Assembly: GCA_963662795.1 (NCBI GenBank)
Contig: OY759746.1
Coordinates: 2,560,001 to 2,624,000, forward strand
DNA from: Spirochaetia bacterium
GTDB taxonomy: Bacteria; Spirochaetota; Spirochaetia; CADAEX01
Direction of reading: 5' to 3'
DNA length: 64,000 nucleotides
The position numbers were made by a program, and so were the translations under genes. Within the stretch, counting starts at the first letter, position 1. Every line of letters starts with the position of its first letter. Under the pieces are notes generated by a model. The model did not search any database and was not told the DNA's origin. It saw only the letters and a list, made by a program, of their open reading frames with translations. Shown here piece after piece: positions 30,354-39,572 of this stretch.

Positions 30354-31081
30354 CTGGTACTCTCCATTATGAGCCTTATACTGTTTATATGTGAAAAAAA
30401 AGCCGGATCTTTTCTGTCCCTGAAATCCTGTCCTGAGCGGTAGACGGAAACAAATCCTTCAGATGGTTTTTCTCCCATGATATAAATTGTATCAGCAAGA
30501 TAAACCGCTTCTTCCATGCTGTGGGTTACAATCAGTGTTGTTATCTTCTTTCCTCTTAATAGATTCTTTAAAAAATCCTGAAGTTCTTCCCTGGTAAGCG
30601 CATCTATCGCTGAGAAGGGCTCATCCATCAATAGAAGCTCCGGGTCTGATGCCATTGTTCTTGCAAGCGCGGTTTTCTGTTTTTCCCCGCCCGAAAGGGA
30701 AGAAGGGTAGCGTTCTTTCAGGCTGCTTATGGAAAAATCCTTCATTATACCTGATACCTTCTTCCTGATTGCGTTTTCTTCAAGCCCGGAGATCTCAAGA
30801 GGGGCCCTTATGTTTTTCTCAACTGTAAGCCATGGAAAAATACCGTAGGTCTGCAGAATACAGCCGACTCTTTTATCTCCTTTTTCAATAATCCTGCCTG
30901 AAAGCTTAACGCTCCCTGCAAGGGGCTTTTTTTGCGCTGTTATCAGGGAAAGAAGGGTTGATTTACCGCAGCCGTTAGGTCCCAGAACCGCGGCTGTTTC
31001 TCCCCCTGTTATATTGATGCTTAATCCCGTGAATAATGACATACCAGGGTATGATGCGGATAGATTTACTGCTTCGAGCAT
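30350..31081 (-). CDS. ABC ATP-binding protein (SsuB/NitT type)
   Basis: GPNGCGKS, LSGGEKQ, MDEPFSAID, TH. Confidence 0.92.
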   Translation of the reverse strand: MLEAVNLSASYPGMSLFTGLSINITGGETAAVLGPNGCGKSTLLSLITAQKKPLAGSVKLSGRIIEKGDKRVGCILQTYGIFPWLTVEKNIRAPLEISGLEENAIRKKVSGIMKDFSISSLKERYPSSLSGGEKQKTALARTMASDPELLLMDEPFSAIDALTREELQDFLKNLLRGKKITTLIVTHSMEEAVYLADTIYIMGEKPSEGFVSVYRSGQDFRDRKDPAFFSHINSIRLIMESTR

Positions 31082-31162
31082 GTATTAAGTGTATAGCCGG
31101 AACCGGCTTTATGTAAACAGGAGGCATCAGGTTGTTGTCCAGTTAATACCTTGTTGTTTTAC

Positions 31163-32017
31163 TTAAACTGACAGCAGAACAATTGCAAGAACCGACATCA
31201 TAAGAGCGGATATTTTTCTGAGTGTCAGTTTCTCAATTCCGGTAGCTATAGCGAGAATATATGTTATAAGAAACCCCATATTTGATATCGGGATAACAAT
31301 ACTTATATTTGCGTTTTCAATTGCATAGAAAAGAAAGAGCGCAATGATAAAGATCAGGAATCCCGATATCAGGGAATATTTGAAGTTAATAGCTGTAATC
31401 CTTGTATTTTTTTCACGGAAAAATGAATATACAGCTCCCCCCGCAAACCAGAATAAAGCGCTCATGATTATGATTGCCTTTTTATCTGTTCCGCCAGAAA
31501 TAAGATATTTTGATGAGACCGCGTATAATGACCTGAAGACGGATGCCGCTATCCCGATCATGAGGTAAATAAAAAACCTGCTGCCGGTCCCTTTTTTTTC
31601 TCTTTCAAAGAGGAAAAGGACGGCTGCAATAGAGATTATTATACCGGTAAAATTAATTGCCTTGAGTTTTTCATGAAGCAGTATAATCGAAAGAATAATA
31701 ACAAGCACAGTGTTAAGTCTGTATATTGTTGATCCTGTACTTGCGTCAAGAACTGTCATGCTCTCGATAAGCAGAATATTTGAAAGAAAAACAAAAAATC
31801 CGGGCAGTACAGCGAATGCAAGGGCCTTAGCTGTTATACCACCCGTATTGCCTGTTGCTAAATAGAATGTCATCTGAAATAGAAACCAGATGAGTCCGAT
31901 CATCGAAACAAACATCCCGCGCGACCGGTAAGCGCCTGTCGAATATTTTTTAAATACAAAGTCATTGAGTCCTGAAAAAATTAAACACAGGACCGCAAAA
32001 AATACGCCATTATTCAT
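31163..32017 (-). CDS. EamA/DMT family transporter
   Basis: About 10 hydrophobic helices in two repeats, each ending in an EKL motif. Confidence 0.85.
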   Translation of the reverse strand: MNNGVFFAVLCLIFSGLNDFVFKKYSTGAYRSRGMFVSMIGLIWFLFQMTFYLATGNTGGITAKALAFAVLPGFFVFLSNILLIESMTVLDASTGSTIYRLNTVLVIILSIILLHEKLKAINFTGIIISIAAVLFLFEREKKGTGSRFFIYLMIGIAASVFRSLYAVSSKYLISGGTDKKAIIIMSALFWFAGGAVYSFFREKNTRITAINFKYSLISGFLIFIIALFLFYAIENANISIVIPISNMGFLITYILAIATGIEKLTLRKISALMMSVLAIVLLSV

Positions 32018-32145
32018 TAAACTGCTGCTTTAGAAAAGGATTGAGTGATATTATATATATTTTCCTGTTTTATAAACAGGAGAATTATTGATACATTTTA
32101 TTAAAAAGGAGAATATCTCCATTGCTATTATATACTTAATTTTAT

Positions 32146-33404
32146 ATGTTCAATCCCCGATAATCGATACCTGAGAAAAGTTGTTTTTTTTTATCTTGCT
32201 TGCCGCCATAGCTATGCCTTCTGTTGCTGATGAATTGCAGGATCGCATAGATAAGGCTTTTTCAGCAGGAAATACGGAAGAAATAAAAGTTGTTATTGCT
32301 GAGAAAAGCACTCAAGAGGGATTTGAAAAAGTAGAATCATACCTTGTTGAAAATGTAAAAAAATCAATAATAGCGGGAAATTACAGTTTTGCCGGTAATG
32401 TTCTTGACCAGATTCTTCTTAATAACCTTGATAATGTAGAGGCCCAGGATCTTTATATTTCGCTTGAGAAAGTGAAGAAGGAAAAAAGGCTAATTGAAGA
32501 AAAGAAGCTTGCCGAGGAGGCGGGAAAGCGCGAGGAAGAGCGGCTTGCTGAAGAGAAAAGACTTGCCGAGGAAGAGAGAAAGCGCGAGGAAGAGAGGATA
32601 AAACAGGAAGAAGAGCAGAAAATACTCGCAGAAGAGCAGAGGCTTCTTGAAGAACAGCGTATAAAAGAGGAAAACGATCGTCTTAAAGAGATTGCGAAGG
32701 CACTTGAGGAAGAGAAAAATACTGCCGCTGAAAAGGCGGTTTCGGAATATATCCGGACTGAGAACGATAAGGGTTATTTTACTTTTAAGGGAGAACTGGG
32801 CGCCATTGACCTGATTCTTTACAGATCGGGATTTTTCAGCGATGTATATGATAAAGACAAGACAAGCTACAGATACGGATTATCGCTGGGCGGATCAGTG
32901 TTCTATTACAAAGCCGGTTATTCCGGCGGCCTTGATCTTTCCGCTGAATCATACTTTCTTGAAATATATCCGGAAAGCGCGTCGGTTTTTTCATGGAAAA
33001 TAGCCGCAAACAGCGAATTCCTTGCCACAGATCTGCCGGTTTATGCAAGGCTCGGCCTGACACAGACAAAATATAACTATCCTTCGGATGTCGGGGAAGA
33101 CATATATATCGCATCACTTATTTCCCCGATTTTAGGAATAGGACTTAGGGACTATCAGCTTACTGACAGATTTTATTTAAGCGGAATTTTTGATTTTTAT
33201 CTTGTAAGTTTCATGACATCTTATTTTGACGGCGCATTTGACAGTCAGTTAGGTCTTAAGTATGACCTGTCTGATTATAAAAAATATGACTTTTATGTGA
33301 AAAGCAACCTGAGTGGAACTTTTGTTCTTGGTGATAACAAAATTGAAAATAACCTGAAGCTTCAGATTATTGCAGGGGCGGGGATCAACTATGGCAAAAA
33401 GTAA
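32146..33404 (+). CDS. Predicted outer-membrane protein: helical N-domain, ER/K-rich helical spacer, C-terminal beta-barrel; 5' end possibly frameshifted
   Basis: ORF 32181-33404 has a signal-peptide h-region, an E/K/R-rich tract and alternating aromatic beta strands ending AGINYGKK. The signal n-region appears in other frames from ATG 32146. Confidence 0.65.
32490..32597 (+). repeat. Imperfect 54-nt (18-aa) tandem repeat in the ER/K segment
   Basis: CTTGCCGAGGA at 32508 and 32562; AAAGCGCGAGGAAGAG at 32525 and 32579. Confidence 0.8.
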
Positions 33405-35029
33405 CAGATTTATACTGATTTTTTTGGCAGTTTCTGCATTACTGTACGGACAGGATATATATACGAAATATCTTGATGAGGCCAGGGCGTTTTACCTCAT
33501 CAAGGATTATGACAAGGCTTTATCACGCATACAGTTTGTACTTAAAAGCCATGACAGTTTTGCAGTACTTCCTGAAGAAGAGAAGACGCTTTCTGAAAAT
33601 ATTTATTATTCTTACCTTAAAAGGGCTTTCAGATAATAACAGCAATGATAAATTCAGCGCTTTTGCTACTGGTAACCCGTATTTTAAGCAAATTGCTGCT
33701 GCTTCCCCCAGGATTAATGAACTTAAGCAGAAAAACGATGAGTTTATGGCTGCTGTTAAGCGAGAGGAAGAGCTAAAACGGGCAATGGCAGAGGAAAAGA
33801 GAAAGACACAGGAACTCGAGGAACTTAAAAGGGCTGCGGATGAAAAACTGCGCACAGAAACAGCACGCCTTGAGGAAGAGCGGAGAAAGGAGCTTGACAG
33901 GATAGCAGAGGCGCAGAGGAAGGAAATGGAGAGGATTGCCTAGGAGCGGAAAATTGAAAGCGAAAGACTGCTTGCCGAGAGAAAACGGGAAACAGAGAGA
34001 GTCCTTGAAGCAGAAGCAGCCAGAAGAAAGCAGGATGAAGCTGCAAAAAAGGCTGAACAGGAAAATTTCATGAAATTCCAGGAGCAGATAGTAAAGGAAA
34101 GAGCTGAGGCGGAAAATACTTCCAATGAACAGATTAATACAGTTATGCAGTCTTTTATAACGATGAGGGACAAGGAGTCTCAGGGGAATCTGCGGATAGT
34201 CATTATTGTTACTATAGTAATCGGCGCGATTTTTATTGCGATGCTTGCCGCTGTAATAATTCTCTTCCTTATTTCATACCGTAATTCACGCAGGCAGCAG
34301 GAAACATTCATGAAGTATGCAGAGATGGCGCCAGTCCGCTCATACGATGCCCTTCCTTCTCCTGTCATGAGCGATGTTGCTGACGCGGTATACAGGATTG
34401 AGGACAGGACCTCCTCCGGTGAGCATGGTGAAAGCACATCCAGGGCGCTGCCTTCTCCTGAAGATCATGACAAGGAAAAACTCAGAATTATTGTTGAACA
34501 GCGCAAGGCCTTCGGAGACGCGATAGACAGCGCTACCCACAGGAAAAACTGCTCAAAAAACGCGGCTGAGCTTGTCTACAAGATTTCAGCGCTGCTGGGA
34601 CGTCCTACAAGGGAATCGATGATCTATTATGCTGTCGGACTTATTTATGATATAGGATTTTTAAGCACAGACCCTACGCTGCTTGATTCACCCAGACTTA
34701 CTGACGAGCAGTTTGAAATGCTTAAAAAACACGCAACATCAGGGCTTGACATGATCCATTTTGTTGATAAGGAATAGAAGGAGATTTTTATTGATGGTAT
34801 TACAAAGCACCATGAAAACATGGATGGCAGCGGCTATCCTGAAAACCTCAAGGCAAAGGATATCCCTTTTATAGCAAGAGTTATAAGGGTTGTTGACAGT
34901 TACGTGTCTCTGATATCCCAGCGCGCTTACCGCGATATTTATGACAAGGAGACTGCCTTTAAAAAACTCATGGAAGATAAAGGTGTTTATGATGAAAAAA
35001 TACTGGAGGCATTGTCAAACGTAATATGA
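33391..35029 (+). pseudogene. Disrupted membrane-anchored HD-GYP-like protein (signal, TPR-like, ER/K spacer, TM helix, degenerate HD-GYP)
   Basis: Four ORF fragments join into one ~545-aa reading by removing one A at ~33619-33622 and reading through TAG 33941-33943 and TAG 34775-34777. HHENMDGSGYP lies just after the second TAG, partly upstream of the ORF-track start. Confidence 0.8.
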
Positions 35030-36080
35030 AAAAAACAACAGTTGAAATAAAAATAATATTTGCCCTTGCGGCGGTAATTGCCGCATCCGGCTGTTCAATA
35101 GCTGATGATATGCTGGGTGTAAATGAGGCTATTCTCAGCGACAGGGTAGCCCTTCTATTTCTGTTATTGAGGGAATAAGTTATGCATTTATTGATGAGGA
35201 TAATACGCTGCAGCTGCAGGTAAGCAATCCGGAAAGCGGTTATAAATATTACTGGGAAACTACAGGAGGGACAATTGACGGAGAAGGAGAAACTGCCACA
35301 TATACCGCAGTTGTAAGGTGCTACGGATCAAAGGATGAATATGTCGAGACAAAAACTGCTGAGAAAACAATACACAATATCGAAATTCTCACCGACAATA
35401 TGCTCTGGCTAAAAGCTGATTCAATAACAGAGCTTAACTCGTTTGATGCTGTCGCATCCTGGACCGATTCAGGTACAGTGGGGAATGTCCTCTCGCAGGC
35501 TACAGAGACAAACAAACCCAAGTATGTCGCAGACAGCCTTACTGGAAGGCCGGTAGTGAGGTTTGTAGACAATACAGATTCCCTTTATAACACCGCGCTG
35601 ACAACCGGCTCAGGATTCGGAATAGCGCAGTCTCAAATATCTTTTTTTATTGTATTCAGGATAAACAGTTATATCGCGGCAAGCTATATCTTGGGAGCGC
35701 GGAACGGCGGAACAAATTCATTTCCGGTTTTATATCACCTGGCGCCAGGGCAGCAACTCAGGGTTTACCAGTATACAGCGTATAACGCGGCTCCTTTTCC
35801 GGTCCTTTATGGTGAGACAAAACTGATGAGCTCAGTCTGCGATATGACACAGGCGGTAGTAGCGGACAAACTGAAAATATGGCTCAACGGTGCGGAGCAG
35901 GTTGACAATATCAATGTCGCTGCGACAAATCCTACCATAACAAGGCTTTATCTTGCTGCTCTCACCTCAAACAACAGTTTCATTGGTGATATAGCGGAAG
36001 TGCTTTATTTTAACACCGCCCTTTCTGATGAAAGAAGAGAGCAGATTGAAAACTACCTGTCAGAAAAATGGGGTCTTTAA
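35026..36080 (+). pseudogene. Frameshifted lipoprotein with Ig-like and LamG/concanavalin-A-like domains
   Basis: ATG 35026 (ATGA overlap) encodes MKKTTVEIKIIFALAAVIAASG-C, then stops at ~35178. Another frame is open from ~35127 through 36080 (LWLKAD...W.DSG...GDIAEVLYFN.ALS...IENYLSEKWG). Confidence 0.75.
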
Positions 36081-36099
36081 GTTATACAGAATAATACTT

Positions 36100-36132
36100 G
36101 GCTGCCGCATAGTTTCCTTTAAAGCGGCAGTC
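36100..36132 (+). terminator. Hairpin after the 32-36 kb operon
   Basis: GGCTGCCGC/GCGGCAGTC stem; weak U tract. Confidence 0.45.
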
Positions 36133-36241
36133 CTGATTAGTGTTTTAAATCCAGAATTAAAATTCCTGTAAAAAAATCTTTTTCTTGTATTTGGCGAAAT
36201 CCTGATTCTATAATATAGGATAATTCAAATAAGGAGAAAAT

Positions 36242-37336
36242 ATGATAAAGAAACAATTGTTTTTTCTGGTAATTATTCTGATGATTGTTCCCCTGCTTTT
36301 TGCAGGAGGCGGAAAGGAAAAAGGCGGAGCTATGGATAAACTGCCTGCATTTGACAATCTGAAATTCGCTGTAATATCAGACATCCACCTTGTGCTTCCT
36401 GAACAGAAGGGTAATTCAGACGGGTACAGGCTTGGACTTAAGACGGTAAGCATACTTGAAAAAACTGTTGAAGAATTCAATAAAGACCCTGATCTTGATT
36501 TTGTTCTTGTAACAGGTGACCTTACCGTAGACGCAGAACCCTGGAACATTGACAAGACAAAAGAAATTCTCTCAAGGCTTAATGTTCCTTATTTTGTTAT
36601 TCTCGGAAACCATGATTCAAGTCCGATCAGACACAACGAAAAAGATCAGCCGGTAGGTGTATCCAAATATGCTGTTTCAAATACTTTTACAGGGATGTAC
36701 GGCGGTGGAATGGATCCGGGAAGAACATATTACTCAAGGGAACTCGCGGACGGTCTTGTTCTTATAGCGCTTGATTCCACCCATCTTCAGATTTGGGACC
36801 CGGTAGCCGGAATGGCGGATTTCAGCGGCAGCATAGATCCTGCCCAGATGGTATGGCTTGAGAAAACACTTGCGGCAAACAAGGGAAAAACAGTCATGGT
36901 AATGCAGCACCATGGGACTGTACCCTTTGCGGATGGGGACAAGACAAATCATAATTACTGGAGCTGGTTCAAGCTTGATAACGGGGAAGAGGTTCAGGCT
37001 CTCTATAAGAAGTACGGTGTTAAAGCTGTTCTTTCGGGACATCACCATATTTCAACCAGGTATCAGAATGTTGACGGAGTTTATCATATCACAAACGCGG
37101 CTCTTACAAGCTACCCGATGCGATATACAATGTATAACATTTCACCAAAAGGCTTAAGCTATGAAGCAAAAGATGTTCCGGTTCCCGCGGAATGGCATGA
37201 ACTTGTAAAGAAAAACTTCCTTGCCAATAAATGGTGGAGAGATGCGGATCACACAATGACTCCGGAAGGGGACGCCAAATATCTTGAATTCTACGAAGGA
37301 ACCTCAATGATAAAGGCAAGCATTGATTTTAAATGA
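36242..37336 (+). CDS. Exported calcineurin-like metallophosphoesterase (CpdA/GpdQ-like)
   Basis: Signal LFAGGGKE; DIH, GD, GNHD, HH and GHHH motifs. Confidence 0.9.
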   Translation: MIKKQLFFLVIILMIVPLLFAGGGKEKGGAMDKLPAFDNLKFAVISDIHLVLPEQKGNSDGYRLGLKTVSILEKTVEEFNKDPDLDFVLVTGDLTVDAEPWNIDKTKEILSRLNVPYFVILGNHDSSPIRHNEKDQPVGVSKYAVSNTFTGMYGGGMDPGRTYYSRELADGLVLIALDSTHLQIWDPVAGMADFSGSIDPAQMVWLEKTLAANKGKTVMVMQHHGTVPFADGDKTNHNYWSWFKLDNGEEVQALYKKYGVKAVLSGHHHISTRYQNVDGVYHITNAALTSYPMRYTMYNISPKGLSYEAKDVPVPAEWHELVKKNFLANKWWRDADHTMTPEGDAKYLEFYEGTSMIKASIDFK

Positions 37337-37357
37337 TTATTTTAAGGTTTACTAAAT

Positions 37358-37398
37358 AAAGAAGGGAAGAGCCGTAAAATAGTTCTTCCCTTTTTTTT
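37358..37398 (+). terminator. Intrinsic terminator
   Basis: AAAGAAGGGAAGAGC/GTTCTTCCCTTTTTT stem ending in an 8-T run. Confidence 0.8.
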
Positions 37399-37456
37399 AA
37401 AACAGAACCCCGTTAACCGCATGATTAAGCGGTGTATGGGGTCTCCTGTCTGCATA

Positions 37457-38230
37457 TTATGAGATACCAGCGATAGACTCTTTTTTCCTGCAGGGGAAAA
37501 TATCAAGAAGCTCTGTAAGGGTATCAACAACAGCATCAGGCTGCCTTAGATGCCCTTTATCTTCAGGATCATAAGCTTCTGTTTTTAAAAGTATAACACC
37601 TGCAAAACCAGATTTTCGAGGGCCTTCAACATCACGGTTGGGCTGATCTCCGATATAGACGCATTTTTCAGGAGCTATCTCTGCTTTTTCACAGCCTATC
37701 CTGAATATCTCCGGATTTGGTTTTTTAATTCTGACTTCTGCAGACATGATAACTACTTCAAAATCATCCAGAATATCCACAGCTTTAAGTTCTGCCGGGA
37801 GCATCGTAGGGCTGACTGTATTGCTGATCAGTCCGACTCTGTAGCCTCTTTTTTTAAGCTCCTTTACTACAGGTGCCGCATCAGGATACATTACCCTGTT
37901 GCCTTTAGCATGCGCATTCATTATGACAAGCTTGTCAGCGTTTTTTTCAATCCTGTCAAAGTGAGGTGCATCATAAAAAAGCCATTTTTTGCACATATCT
38001 TCGACTGTCTCTTCATAACAGTTTGTAAAACTCCAGTCCTTCAATTTTTTATCACGTTCTTTTAATAATTTTCTGAATTCTTTCGGGTCACCTTCATAAC
38101 CCAGAAAATCCATAATCTCTTTTGCTTTTGCAACACCATCATCAGCATGTTTCTGATTAGTGTTGAGTGTTCCGCCTTTATCGAAAAAGATAAAATCAAT
38201 TTTTGTTGAATCAAAATGTCCGCGAATCAT
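37457..38230 (-). CDS. HAD-superfamily hydrolase
   Basis: FFDKGGTL, ISN, KKP.PEIF, YIGD...D..G. Confidence 0.9.
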   Translation of the reverse strand: MIRGHFDSTKIDFIFFDKGGTLNTNQKHADDGVAKAKEIMDFLGYEGDPKEFRKLLKERDKKLKDWSFTNCYEETVEDMCKKWLFYDAPHFDRIEKNADKLVIMNAHAKGNRVMYPDAAPVVKELKKRGYRVGLISNTVSPTMLPAELKAVDILDDFEVVIMSAEVRIKKPNPEIFRIGCEKAEIAPEKCVYIGDQPNRDVEGPRKSGFAGVILLKTEAYDPEDKGHLRQPDAVVDTLTELLDIFPCRKKESIAGIS

Positions 38231-38258
38231 TATTTTACCAACCTTGATGTAATAAAGT

Positions 38259-38291
38259 AATGCGGCCTAATACTATTGATCAGGCCGCATT
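38259..38291. terminator. Intra-operon hairpin between the SBP and HAD genes
   Basis: AATGCGGCCT/AGGCCGCATT inverted repeat. Confidence 0.55.
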
Positions 38292-38317
38292 TCTAATTAT
38301 TCCGAATGGATTAAAAA

Positions 38318-39502
38318 TTACATATTCTTCATCCAGAAATCCCTGAATATAATAACGTTATTGTAGAGCCAGTCGCCGTCTTCCCTCCATGCATTGATTT
38401 CCTGAAAGGGTTTCTGTCCTTCTGGTACTTTAACATCTTTTCTTATGGACCAGTTTCCGATTGTGTTATAGGGTTTAAATCCCAGTCCGCCTTTCTCATC
38501 ACCGTAAAAATACTTGATAAACAGTTTTGCGGCATTGGGATGTTTAGCGTATACGGGGACGGCAACAGCAGTCTGGTTCAGGAATGTTGAGAACGGTTTT
38601 ACATCCCATGCAAGAGCCGCATTAAGACCCTGTTCTTCCGCAACCCTCATTTTTGAAGGACTTATAATTCCGAGAGGAGGATTCTTCTGTCCTTTTGCTC
38701 CGACTCCTTCGATTGCGTCGTTTCCGCCCTTTTCGAATATAATGTCATTTTTAAGAAGCTGTTTTATAAACTCATGTCCTGCTGTGGGGCAGCCTTCGCT
38801 TAAAACTATATTCTTGCCGAATTCTTCCTTGTAGGCTTTTTTCATATCCTCGGCATGCATTATAAACATCGCCATGTTGTTCATATCGGAACCGCCAAGC
38901 ATCGGGTCCTTCATTATAAGTCTTCCTTTCCACTCAGGTCTGGTTAAATCCCACCATGAATCTACAGGACATTCAGGGTATACTTCGGTGTTGTACGCGA
39001 TCATTTTACCGCCGAGCCTCTGGATGCCGAGTTTTTCATTCCTGAACTGGTCAAACATAACAGCTTCAACATCTCTTGGAACATATTTGAACAGCCTGTT
39101 GAAATCTACAAATTCAGCGTAAAGCTCAGGTGTATCGCCGCATGTAATAACATCTACTTCATAAACCTTTGAATCCTGAAGTTTTTTCAGTTTTTCCTTG
39201 ATTTCAGCGGCTCCGATATCAGAATAGACAATTTTAACTCCGTATTTCTTTTCAAAAGCTTCCTGGAATTTAGAGATTCTGGAAGTATCCGCGTAAAGTA
39301 CAATTTCACCTTCTGCCTGGGCTGCCTTGATAATCTCATCCCAGTTTTCAGTTGCCGGCTGATAAGGACCGAGCTGGGCCTGTTTCAGCCATGCATCAAT
39401 TGCAGGATCCACCTTTGAAGGTGACTGTTCCTTTGCTCCTCCGGCAAACAGCATTGCTGAGCCGATGAGAAGGATCAATACGATTAACAGTGTTTTTTTC
39501 AT
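38318..39502 (-). CDS. ABC substrate-binding protein (AfuA/FbpA-like)
   Basis: Signal LFAGGAKE; AQAEGEIVLY, YNTE, SWWDLT.PEWKG, HPNAAKLF. Confidence 0.88.
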   Translation of the reverse strand: MKKTLLIVLILLIGSAMLFAGGAKEQSPSKVDPAIDAWLKQAQLGPYQPATENWDEIIKAAQAEGEIVLYADTSRISKFQEAFEKKYGVKIVYSDIGAAEIKEKLKKLQDSKVYEVDVITCGDTPELYAEFVDFNRLFKYVPRDVEAVMFDQFRNEKLGIQRLGGKMIAYNTEVYPECPVDSWWDLTRPEWKGRLIMKDPMLGGSDMNNMAMFIMHAEDMKKAYKEEFGKNIVLSEGCPTAGHEFIKQLLKNDIIFEKGGNDAIEGVGAKGQKNPPLGIISPSKMRVAEEQGLNAALAWDVKPFSTFLNQTAVAVPVYAKHPNAAKLFIKYFYGDEKGGLGFKPYNTIGNWSIRKDVKVPEGQKPFQEINAWREDGDWLYNNVIIFRDFWMKNM

Positions 39503-39572
39503 TCAATTCCCCCTTGTTTTTTTCCGGCAGCAGCTTACAGCTTGTTAGCCGGTTTTCAGAAAAATAATTTAT

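Noticed and set aside
32490-32720. Repeats as a possible CRISPR array or mobile element
   Set aside because: Imperfect in-frame coding repeats with no spacers; no cas or transposase genes.
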